Origin: an uncultured Bacilli bacterium
GTDB lineage: Bacteria; Bacillota_I; Bacilli_A; RF39; UBA660
Direction of reading: 5' to 3'
DNA length: 64,000 bases
Assembly (NCBI GenBank): GCA_934167485.1
Contig: CAKPKL010000006.1
Coordinates: 41,466 to 105,465 of the forward strand
Position numbers and translations under genes: made by a program. Position 1 is the stretch's first letter, and every line of letters starts with the position of its first letter. Positions 57,011-64,000 of this stretch are shown here, one piece after another. Below the pieces are notes generated by a model. That model was not told the origin of the DNA. It did no database searches and was given only the letters and a program-made list of their open reading frames with translations.

Positions 57011-57066
57011 TTTTATCACTCATTTAAAATAAAATCTAGTTTTTTTTATTATTTTTAAGTATTTTA

Positions 57067-57098
57067 ACTATACTAAAAAAGAATTGATTAATCAATCC
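57067..57098 (-). repeat. Copy 2 of the palindromic module (GGATTGATTAATCAATTC + T6 + AGTATAGT), immediately 3' of the pilin-LRR gene
   Basis: Starts 2 nt after the stop codon at 57101..57103. Identical to copy 4 over TATACTAAAAAAGAATTGATTAATCAATCC. The -10-like hexamer here is TATAGT. Confidence 0.6.
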
Positions 57099-57100
57099 AT

Positions 57101-58387
57101 TTATCCTATTGTTATTGTTGCCCCTGTAATACTTTCATCAGTAAGTCTTGCTTCTATAAATGTTTTTGTTATTTCATCTTTTACTGTAATATTTGTTACT
57201 CCACTTCCCTGAAACATTCCATCATAGATAGTTGCTTTAGTAAAATCTGCTTTATTCATGTTTATTGTCTTTAAATTTATTGTATTTTGAAACATATAAC
57301 TTACATCCTCTATAGTTTCTATATTAAAATTACTTAAATCTAATGTTTGTAAACTTTTACAATTTTGAAATATTGCCATCATATTAGTTACATTACTTAC
57401 ATCAAAATTGCTCATTTTTATATCTGATAATTTTTCACAGTTGGCAAACATTCCCTTCATATTTGTTACATTTGATGTATTAAAACTACTTAAATCCAAA
57501 TTTTCTAAGCTTTTCAATCCTTGAAAAGTTTTCTGCATTTCAATAACATTTTTTGTATCAAAACCTTTTAAATTCAAAATTTGTAAATCATAACAGTTAT
57601 TAAACATTGCATTCATATTTGTTACATTTGATGTATCAAAACTACTTAAATCCAAATTTTGTAACTTCTCACATCTTTGAAACATGACAAACATATTTGT
57701 TACATTTGATGTATCTAAGTTACTCAAATCCATAATTGTTACGTTTATATAAAAATTAAATAATTTAGTAGAATCTGGATTGGCCTTTACTCCTCCATCT
57801 TGTCCTATATATAACTCATATAATCCATTATTATCTTCATCTTTATACCATGCCATTATACTTCCATTTTGATTCTCTGTTACATCAAAACTTTCTATTA
57901 CATCTACTGGTACTTCATTTGTTGATACTGTTATTATTTTTTCTACTTGTGATTTTGTTATTTCACTATTAAATACCTTTTGAGTTTCCCCATTTGTTGT
58001 ATCTACTACCATTAAATAATCTACTGGTACTATACAATTTTCATCTTTGCTTTGTGTTATTTTATTTGAATCATATGCCTTTACATAACACTTATTATTA
58101 TATTTTAATGCGAGTGCTACTTCTCCTTTTTTATTTACATATACTACTCCATTATCTGGTTTTGATCCTTCTATTTTATCTATTACTTTATCATATAAAT
58201 TACCTGTTGTTTCATTTGTTGTTGCATACATCTCTGCCATATCTACTAGACTATTTATACTTTGGATGTTTGCCGATTCTTTACTATCTTCTATTATATC
58301 TAATACTATTGGGGTTGCGATTAATGCAATTATAGCTAGTATTACTATGACTGCTAATAATTCTATTAAGGTAAATCCTCTTTTCAT
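57101..58387 (-). CDS. Modular type IV pilin-like protein: prepilin leader + pilin module + 7 BspA/DUF285-type LRRs
   Basis: 428 aa. MKRG|FTLIELLAVIVILAIIALIATP. Same pilin module and Cys-Cys loop as 17499..19175. Repeats DLSSFDTSNVTNMNAMFNNCYDLQIL and similar. Conserved C-terminal cap ...KDEITKTFIEARL... Confidence 0.85.
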   Translation of the reverse strand: MKRGFTLIELLAVIVILAIIALIATPIVLDIIEDSKESANIQSINSLVDMAEMYATTNETTGNLYDKVIDKIEGSKPDNGVVYVNKKGEVALALKYNNKCYVKAYDSNKITQSKDENCIVPVDYLMVVDTTNGETQKVFNSEITKSQVEKIITVSTNEVPVDVIESFDVTENQNGSIMAWYKDEDNNGLYELYIGQDGGVKANPDSTKLFNFYINVTIMDLSNLDTSNVTNMFVMFQRCEKLQNLDLSSFDTSNVTNMNAMFNNCYDLQILNLKGFDTKNVIEMQKTFQGLKSLENLDLSSFNTSNVTNMKGMFANCEKLSDIKMSNFDVSNVTNMMAIFQNCKSLQTLDLSNFNIETIEDVSYMFQNTINLKTINMNKADFTKATIYDGMFQGSGVTNITVKDEITKTFIEARLTDESITGATITIG

Positions 58388-58429
58388 ACGATTCCCTCTT
58401 TCTTATTTTCACTATATAAATTATACTAA

Positions 58430-58460
58430 AAAAAGATTGATTAATCAATCCAATTCTAGC
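58430..58460 (-). repeat. Copy 3 of the palindromic terminator/promoter module, between the two tandem pilin-like genes
   Basis: GATTGATTAATCAATC at 58445..58460, 24 nt after the upstream stop. TTGATT, 17 nt spacer, TATAAT (58435..58430), ~43 nt before ATG 58387. Confidence 0.65.
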
Positions 58461-58484
58461 TTTAATAAATTAAATTTTATTATT

Positions 58485-60041
58485 TTAATTAATAGTAGTT
58501 CTAGAACCAATGGATCCCCATAAATTATTTATATCTATAACACCATTAATTGTAGATTCTGATGATACATTACTACAATTAATAATTGTATCATCATTAA
58601 GTCCAGAATTTCCTACACCACCAATTATTCCTCCTACACTACTAGATGCAGTAATTATTGATTTAGAATATACATTTGTAAAATAATTATTACCACCGTT
58701 ATAACTTCCAACTATACCTCCTACAAATTCACCTGTTGCTTCTATTGTAGAGTATGATTCAACATTTTCTAATGTATTTCCTTTCTTAAATCCTGAGGAG
58801 GATCCAACTATTCCACCTAAAGAACTTTTACCTGACATTTTTGTATATGATTTACTATTTTTAATTATTCCTATTCTTTGAACATGTCCCGCTATTCCGC
58901 CTATACTAGAACCATTACTTGTAATCAAGGCTTCTGATACTGAATTATCAATTATTGAATTATCTGATATATGTCCTACTATACCACCCAAAGATAAATA
59001 ATCAATTGTGTTTTCATTTTTTATTATTGAATCACTATAGGAATTTATTAATTCACTATTATTTAGTATTGATCCAATTACACCACCAATGCGCCAATAA
59101 CTACCTGTAATTGAACTATTATAAGAATTTAATTTAACCATTTTTACATAATTATCAGCTGTCCCAATAATAACTCCTGACTTTTGATAAACAACGATAT
59201 CAATATTATCTACTACTATATTTGAAACATTGCTATTGTTTGCTATGTAACCACCTAAAATTCCTATATTGTCATATCCTTTAATATATGAATCTTTTAT
59301 TGTTAGATTATTTATTGTTGCTGTATCAACATACCCAAACAAGCCTAAATTTTGATTTTCCAATGATTCCTCTAATGGTTTATTTATGTATATTCCACTT
59401 ATTATATTATTGTTCCCTTCAAATGTCCCTAAAAATTTGTTATTGCTATTTCCTATTGGTGTCCATTCTGTTCCTAGTTTATTTCCATCTTTATCATATC
59501 TTCCACCTAAGTCTAGTGATGAATCTAGTGATATTGTTTTTCCTGCAAATTTTTCACCACTATTTACTTTCTGGGCAACCCATGCGAGTTCACTTGCTTT
59601 TGTTATATGATAAATACCATTACTATCTTCTGTTACCTCTTTTATCGTCTTTCCATCCCATTTATCTATTTTATTTAATTCTTTTCCTGTTGTTACTTTT
59701 TCACTTTGTATTAATTTTATATCTTTTATTTGTCCTTGTTCTATTACTAATATTCCATATTCAAAATTATAATTTTTTACATCTACTTTTATTTCTTTAT
59801 TTTTATATTTTAGATTTCCTTTATTATCTATTATATATGTTCCATCTTCTAATCCGTCATTCATGGCACTTACAGCTATTGCATTCTCTGCTGCACTCTT
59901 ATACATATTTACTGATTCTCTTATACTAGAGTTCTTGCTATCTTCTATTATATCTAGTACTATTGGGGTTGCGATTAACGCAATTATAGCTAGTATTACT
60001 ATGACTGCTAAAAGTTCTATTAATGTAAATCCTTTTTTCAT
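58485..60041 (-). CDS. Modular type IV pilin-like protein: prepilin leader + pilin module + GLUG-motif repeat domain
   Basis: 518 aa. The first 35 aa are identical to 17499..19175. The C-terminal ~280 aa hold about eight GG[IV][IVA]G repeats (LGGIVGHIS, IGGIAGHVQ, LGGIVGSSSG, VGGIVGSYNG, VGGIIGGVGN) spaced ~25-30 aa apart, as in GLUG (PF07581) adhesin/protease passenger domains. Confidence 0.8.
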   Translation of the reverse strand: MKKGFTLIELLAVIVILAIIALIATPIVLDIIEDSKNSSIRESVNMYKSAAENAIAVSAMNDGLEDGTYIIDNKGNLKYKNKEIKVDVKNYNFEYGILVIEQGQIKDIKLIQSEKVTTGKELNKIDKWDGKTIKEVTEDSNGIYHITKASELAWVAQKVNSGEKFAGKTISLDSSLDLGGRYDKDGNKLGTEWTPIGNSNNKFLGTFEGNNNIISGIYINKPLEESLENQNLGLFGYVDTATINNLTIKDSYIKGYDNIGILGGYIANNSNVSNIVVDNIDIVVYQKSGVIIGTADNYVKMVKLNSYNSSITGSYWRIGGVIGSILNNSELINSYSDSIIKNENTIDYLSLGGIVGHISDNSIIDNSVSEALITSNGSSIGGIAGHVQRIGIIKNSKSYTKMSGKSSLGGIVGSSSGFKKGNTLENVESYSTIEATGEFVGGIVGSYNGGNNYFTNVYSKSIITASSSVGGIIGGVGNSGLNDDTIINCSNVSSESTINGVIDINNLWGSIGSRTTIN

Positions 60042-60086
60042 GTTTTTCCTCTTTCTGTTTTTACTTTCTTATTTTTAACTACATTT

Positions 60087-60118
60087 ATTATACTAAAAAA
60101 GAATTGATTAATCAATCC
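60087..60118 (-). repeat. Copy 4 of the palindromic terminator/promoter module, upstream of the pilin-GLUG gene
   Basis: GAATTGATTAATCAATCC at 60101..60118 abuts and overlaps the stop codon of the YebC-like gene. TTGATT, 17 nt spacer, TATAAT (60092..60087), ~46 nt before ATG 60041. Confidence 0.65.
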
Positions 60119-60831
60119 TATAATTCAACGTTATGATATACATTTTGTACATCATCTACTTCATCTAACATTGTTAACAATTTATTAAAAATTTCTAAAT
60201 CTTCACCTTGTAGTGTTATTCTTTCTTTTGGTAACATACTTATTTCATCTACTGTAAATTCTACATCAGGTTTTACATTTGATATAGAAGCCTTAATTTT
60301 AAATAAATCATTAGGATTACCAAAAATTAATATATTACCATCATTTTCTTCCATATCCACAAAATCTATTTCATTTTCTATTAAGGCATCCATAACTTCA
60401 TCTTCAGATAATCCACTAAAACCTACAGTACAAAGATTATCATACATATAAGCAACGCTACCCATGCCACCCATTTTAACATGACATTTATTTACTACAG
60501 CTCTTACATCACTTACACTTCTATTAGTATTGTCAGTTAGACATTCTACCATAAGAGTAGAACCATTTGGACCAAATACTTCATATGTTAATGTTTCATA
60601 ATTTTCTCCAGCACCACTACTTACTTTATCTATAGCTCTTTTTATAACATCACTAGGAACTTGTTCTTTTTTTGCTTTTTCTATTAATCTTTTTAAACTT
60701 GGATTACCTTCTGGTGTAGCCCCTCCATTTTTAGCTGCTTGATATATTTCTTTAGCATACATTCCATATAATTTACCTTTAGCTGCTCCGGTTTTAGCTT
60801 TAGCAGCTGCTATATTAGGAAATCTTCCCAT
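60118..60831 (-). CDS. YebC/PmpR-family transcriptional/translational regulator
   Basis: 237 aa. GKLYGMYAKEIYQAAKNGGATPEGNPSLKRLIEKAKKEQVPSDVIKRAIDK plus the three-domain YebC layout. The N-terminus diverges from the canonical MGRKWANIK. Confidence 0.85.
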   Translation of the reverse strand: MGRFPNIAAAKAKTGAAKGKLYGMYAKEIYQAAKNGGATPEGNPSLKRLIEKAKKEQVPSDVIKRAIDKVSSGAGENYETLTYEVFGPNGSTLMVECLTDNTNRSVSDVRAVVNKCHVKMGGMGSVAYMYDNLCTVGFSGLSEDEVMDALIENEIDFVDMEENDGNILIFGNPNDLFKIKASISNVKPDVEFTVDEISMLPKERITLQGEDLEIFNKLLTMLDEVDDVQNVYHNVEL

Positions 60832-60851
60832 AAAATCACTCCATTCTCTTA

Positions 60852-61529
60852 TTAAAATTTATCAAAATCCATATTTTGTGCTTTTGTAAGTGCATCATGT
60901 GCAGCCATTTGTTCTGCTTCTTTTTTACTATGAGCACTTCCTCTACCATATACAACATCATCTATTTTTACCTCTACAGTAAAAATTTTATCATGAGCTG
61001 GTCCTTGTTCATCTATTATAACATATTCTAAACTTTTTTTATCAGTTTGTACTAATTCTTGTAATACTGATTTATAATCATCAAAGAAATCTATACTCTT
61101 ATCTTCTATTAACGGAATAATATTTTTATAAATAAATTTTTTAACTTCATCAAAACCTAAATCTAAGTACATAGCGCCTATAAAAGATTCAAATATATCA
61201 GCAACTATTGCCTTTCTATATTTTCCTCCTCGTTCTTCTTCACCATGTCCTAATTTTAAATAATCATTTAACCCTAACCTAGTTGAATATTCAAAATTGG
61301 CATTCTCACATACATAATGACTTCTATATTTCGTCATCTTACCTTCTTCATACTCAGTATTTTTATATAAATAATCGCTTATTATAAGTTCAAGTACTGC
61401 ATCTCCCAAGTACTCTAATCTCTCATAACTTACACAATTATTTTCATTCGCATAACTTGTATGTGTTAAAGCTCTTTCATATAATTTAACATTTTTATAA
61501 GGTATATTTAATTTTTCTAGTAGTTCCAT
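60852..61529 (-). CDS. rnc: Ribonuclease III
   Basis: ALTHTSYANE...ERLEYLGDAVLEL signature and C-terminal dsRBD (GPAHDKIFTVEV...GSAHSKKEAEQMAA). Start moved to ATG 61529 (AGGTGA RBS). The track start is a GTG. Confidence 0.93.
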   Translation of the reverse strand: MELLEKLNIPYKNVKLYERALTHTSYANENNCVSYERLEYLGDAVLELIISDYLYKNTEYEEGKMTKYRSHYVCENANFEYSTRLGLNDYLKLGHGEEERGGKYRKAIVADIFESFIGAMYLDLGFDEVKKFIYKNIIPLIEDKSIDFFDDYKSVLQELVQTDKKSLEYVIIDEQGPAHDKIFTVEVKIDDVVYGRGSAHSKKEAEQMAAHDALTKAQNMDFDKF

Positions 61530-61625
61530 GTATATCACCTATAACATTATATCAAAAATTTTAAAAAATATAAATTCTTATTTTACTTTTTATCTCTTTT
61601 TTAGTATAATTATAATGGTGTTAAA

Positions 61626-61856
61626 ATGAAATACATACTAATTGGCTGTATAAGAGTGTATCAAATGTTACCATTTAGTTGTCATAATAATTGTAAATTC
61701 ATTCCTACTTGTTCTAATTATGGTATTGAAGCAATTAAAACTTATGGTAGTATAAAAGGCTCTTGGCTAACAATAAAAAGAATAATAAGGTGTAACCCTC
61801 TATCAAAAGGTGGTTATGATCCCGTAATTAAGGAGGAAAAATATGAAAAAAATTAA
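61626..61856 (+). CDS. yidD: Membrane protein insertion efficiency factor YidD
   Basis: 76 aa. [45 protein letters not shown]. Confidence 0.9.
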   Translation: MKYILIGCIRVYQMLPFSCHNNCKFIPTCSNYGIEAIKTYGSIKGSWLTIKRIIRCNPLSKGGYDPVIKEEKYEKN

Positions 61857-62700
61857 AATTTTAATATGTGCTTTTGTGATACTATGTACTTTTGGGTGTT
61901 TTAGAAATGATTCTATGGAGAATGTAAAGATTGCAACTTCTGTATATCCTATACAATATGTAGTTGATGTTTTGTATGGGGAACATAGTGAAATTAACAG
62001 TATTTATCCAAATGATTCAGATATTGAAAACTTTAAAGTTACAAATGTTTTGTTGAACCAATATAATGATAGTGATTTGTTTATTTTTAATGGTTTATCC
62101 GAAGAAAAAAATTACGTTAAAACTATGCTTAAAAATAATGAAAATTTAAAAATAATAGATGTTACTTCAAATATGCAGTATGATTATGAAAGTGAAGAAT
62201 TATGGTTAGATCCAAATAATTTACTTACAATAGCAAATAACATTAAAAAGGGATTTGAGGAATACATAAAAAGTACTTATTTAATTAATGAAATTAATGA
62301 AAACTATGACAACTTAAAAATGGAATTAACTAATCTAGATGGAAAATATTATTCAGCATTTAAATCTTCAAATGTAACAAGTATTATAGTTAGTGATGAC
62401 TCATTAAGATTTTTAGAAAAATATGGTATTAAAGTTATATCTATTGATCCTAAATCAGCAACTGATAAAGATTTAGTAAGTGCGAAAGAATTAGTTAATA
62501 GTGGTATGTGTCACTATATATTTACTAAATATGGAAATAATAATACTGAAGAAATTCAAAATTTTGTAAATGAAACTGGTGTAGAAAAATTAGATATTTA
62601 TACATTCACTAATCTATCTAATTTAAATGTAGAAAAAAATGATTATTTAACTTTAATGAATCAAAATCTAGAAAATCTTAAATTAGAATTATATAAATAA
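61843..62700 (+). CDS. ZnuA/TroA-fold lipoprotein (cluster-9 solute-binding-protein-like) without obvious metal ligands
   Basis: 285 aa. Lipobox [25 protein letters not shown] and [10 protein letters not shown] match the family frame, but I do not see the usual His ligands (for example the PH.YEP block). No ABC permease or ATPase genes adjacent. Confidence 0.65.
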   Translation: MKKIKILICAFVILCTFGCFRNDSMENVKIATSVYPIQYVVDVLYGEHSEINSIYPNDSDIENFKVTNVLLNQYNDSDLFIFNGLSEEKNYVKTMLKNNENLKIIDVTSNMQYDYESEELWLDPNNLLTIANNIKKGFEEYIKSTYLINEINENYDNLKMELTNLDGKYYSAFKSSNVTSIIVSDDSLRFLEKYGIKVISIDPKSATDKDLVSAKELVNSGMCHYIFTKYGNNNTEEIQNFVNETGVEKLDIYTFTNLSNLNVEKNDYLTLMNQNLENLKLELYK

Positions 62701-62717
62701 AAAGTTTCAAGTATGAC

Positions 62718-62750
62718 TATATCGATAATTAATCGATGTAGTTTTTATTT
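62718..62750 (+). terminator. Rho-independent terminator of the yidD/lipoprotein unit
   Basis: CTATATCGAT-AATTA-ATCGATGTAG (10 bp, one G-U pair) followed by TTTTTATTT. Confidence 0.6.
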
Positions 62751-62807
62751 ATCTATATCCAGGTGTTACGTTCTAATATCCTCGATATATTAATTTTAAC
62801 CTATAAA

Positions 62808-62840
62808 AAAGTCTACACTTTTTTTGTGTAGACTTTTTCA
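62808..62840. terminator. Bidirectional terminator
   Basis: AAAAAGTCTACAC-TTTTTTT-GTGTAGACTTTTT lies between the convergent plus-strand unit and the TPM-domain gene. Confidence 0.7.
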
Positions 62841-62861
62841 AATCTCTTATTGTGTGCTCTT

Positions 62862-63785
62862 TTAAAATTTACCTGAAGCTCCTCCTCCACCAAAGGAACC
62901 TCCACCACCAGAAAATCCTCCACTAGAGAATCCTCCACCACTTGAGTGACCACTATATCCACCATGTGAACGTCCACTATATCCACTACCTGAACCATCT
63001 AGATTTGTTGCCATTACTACTATAAACGCAAAAGGATTAAACATAAATAAGCAAGCTAGATTTGCTAGATTGTATTGTAAAAGTATACCAAACAAAGTAA
63101 AACAAATTATAAAATATAAAATTGATATTAATACTTTTAATATTTTTTTCTTACCTATAATTATTCTACATGTAATTCCTAATGTAATTCCAATAATAAC
63201 TCCTAGGAATGAAATAGCAAAAAATGCATCTGTTTCTACTGTATTTTCATTTCCAATAGGTTTATCATAATCTAAACTTAAATTATTTGCTTCAACTATT
63301 TCTCCATATATAGCATCATAACCATTTTTGATTCCTTCATTCCAATTATTATTTTTTAAATATGGAATCATATATGTATCTCTTATTCTACCCGCTTTAC
63401 CATCATTAATTATTCCTTCAAGGCCATATCCAACCTCTATTCTAAGTTCCCTATCTTCATAAGATATCAAAATAAGAATACCATTATTTTTTTCTTTATC
63501 ACCAATACCTGCAGCACGTGCATATCTTAGAGAATAATCTTCAATACTCATGCCTTCTAGATTATTTACTGTCGTAACAACTATTTGTGTTCCATCTATA
63601 GAATGAAGCGCTACACTTTTATCCATTATGTATGTTTTTGTTTCTTCACTTAATATATTAGCATAATCATTTACATAAAAATCACTTGTTGGTTTTACTA
63701 TAGCTTTTATTTTTGTTGTAAAAATTAAAAATAAAAGAATAAGGATTAAAAACTTAATCCTATTCGAAATCAACTTCTGGAACAT
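62862..63785 (-). CDS. TPM-domain protein with TM segments and a Gly/Ser-rich C-terminal tail (YgcG-like)
   Basis: Signal/anchor MFQKLISNRIKFLILILLFLIFTTKIKA. TPM opening FYVNDYANILSEETKTYI. GILILISYEDRELRIEVGYGLEG. Tail GSGSGYSGRSHGGYSGHSSGGGFSSGGFSGGGGSFGGGG. Start set to ATG 63785 (GGAAAG RBS), overlapping the lemA end by 26 nt. The track start is a TTG at 63833. Confidence 0.8.
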   Translation of the reverse strand: MFQKLISNRIKFLILILLFLIFTTKIKAIVKPTSDFYVNDYANILSEETKTYIMDKSVALHSIDGTQIVVTTVNNLEGMSIEDYSLRYARAAGIGDKEKNNGILILISYEDRELRIEVGYGLEGIINDGKAGRIRDTYMIPYLKNNNWNEGIKNGYDAIYGEIVEANNLSLDYDKPIGNENTVETDAFFAISFLGVIIGITLGITCRIIIGKKKILKVLISILYFIICFTLFGILLQYNLANLACLFMFNPFAFIVVMATNLDGSGSGYSGRSHGGYSGHSSGGGFSSGGFSGGGGSFGGGGASGKF

Positions 63786-64000
63786 CTTTTGAACTTTCCT
63801 TTGCTTCAAAGTATTCTTTTTCATCAAAACCAAACATACTTGCTAATATATTTTTTGGAAAACTTTTAATAGTTTTATTATAATCTTTAACAGCATCATT
63901 ATAATCTCTACGAGCTACTGCTATTCTATTTTCTGTACCAGCTAACTCATCTTGTAAACTAATAAAATTAGTATTAGCTTTTAAATCTGGATAATTTTCT
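63760..64000 (-). CDS. lemA: LemA-family protein, C-terminal 80 codons (gene starts beyond the right window edge)
   Basis: My own translation of the minus strand: NYPDLKANTNFISLQDELAGTENRIAVARRDYNDAVKDYNKTIKSFPKNILASMFGFDEKEYFEAKESSKDVPEVDFE, stop at 63760..63762. This is the classic LemA C-terminus and the usual LemA-TPM gene pairing. Confidence 0.85.
   Translation of the reverse strand, partial: ENYPDLKANTNFISLQDELAGTENRIAVARRDYNDAVKDYNKTIKSFPKNILASMFGFDEKEYFEAKESSKDVPEVDFE

Noticed and set aside
57067-57098. The four palindromic modules as MITE-like mobile elements or att sites
   Set aside because: At ~30 nt they are too short for a MITE. They have no flanking target-site duplications and no terminal inverted repeats beyond the hairpin itself. 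Each is fully explained as terminator plus promoter, and no recombinase gene is nearby.
57994-60078. Plus-strand ORFs 57994..58335, 58266..58523, 59288..59929, 59386..59610 and 59863..60078
   Set aside because: They are antisense to the two tandem pilin-like genes. The 113-aa ORF also recurs opposite the paralog at 18782..19123, simply because the sense genes are near-identical there.
62813-63270. ORF 62813..62998 (minus) and ORF 63070..63270 (plus)
   Set aside because: The first is an alternative frame through the Gly/Ser-rich tail of the TPM protein and runs across the bidirectional terminator. The second is antisense to the TPM gene.

Overview
This is a very AT-rich (roughly 25% GC by eye) chromosomal segment from an endospore-forming Firmicute. 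It looks Clostridia- or Erysipelotrichia-like, but the organism cannot be named from sequence alone. There are about 60 genes, almost all on the minus strand.

The core genes sit in Bacillus-like synteny blocks:
- dnaG-sigA-trmK
- comEA-comEC
- glmS ribozyme plus glmS
- ireB-ruvX-yrzB-mltG-trmR
- rimM-trmD
- spoVAC-AD-AE
- yceD-rpmF
- spoIIGA-sigE
- two alpha/beta-type SASP genes
- T-box-controlled tyrS and aspS operons
- three tRNAs

I saw no rRNA, CRISPR array, transposase or integrase.

The main observations are:
1. Five paralogous genes, one of them decayed, fuse a type IV prepilin leader and pilin module to large adhesin-like modules (BspA/DUF285 26-residue LRRs, GLUG repeats, or a lectin-like domain). 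No pilus machinery lies nearby.
2. A ~30 nt palindromic terminator-plus-promoter module occurs four times around these genes.
3. The last ~580 bp of comEC are duplicated, and the two copies bracket a YhcG-like PDDEXK nuclease gene and a DUF488 gene.
4. A ~170 nt candidate structured RNA with its own promoter lies upstream of a DEDDh exonuclease gene.
5. Two unrecognisable ORFs sit directly after trmD, where rplS normally lies.

All calls rest on reading the sequence and the ORF translations. No database search was run. ORF-track coordinates include the stop codon, and the track uses alternative start codons, so several starts were moved to an ATG preceded by a ribosome-binding site (RBS).
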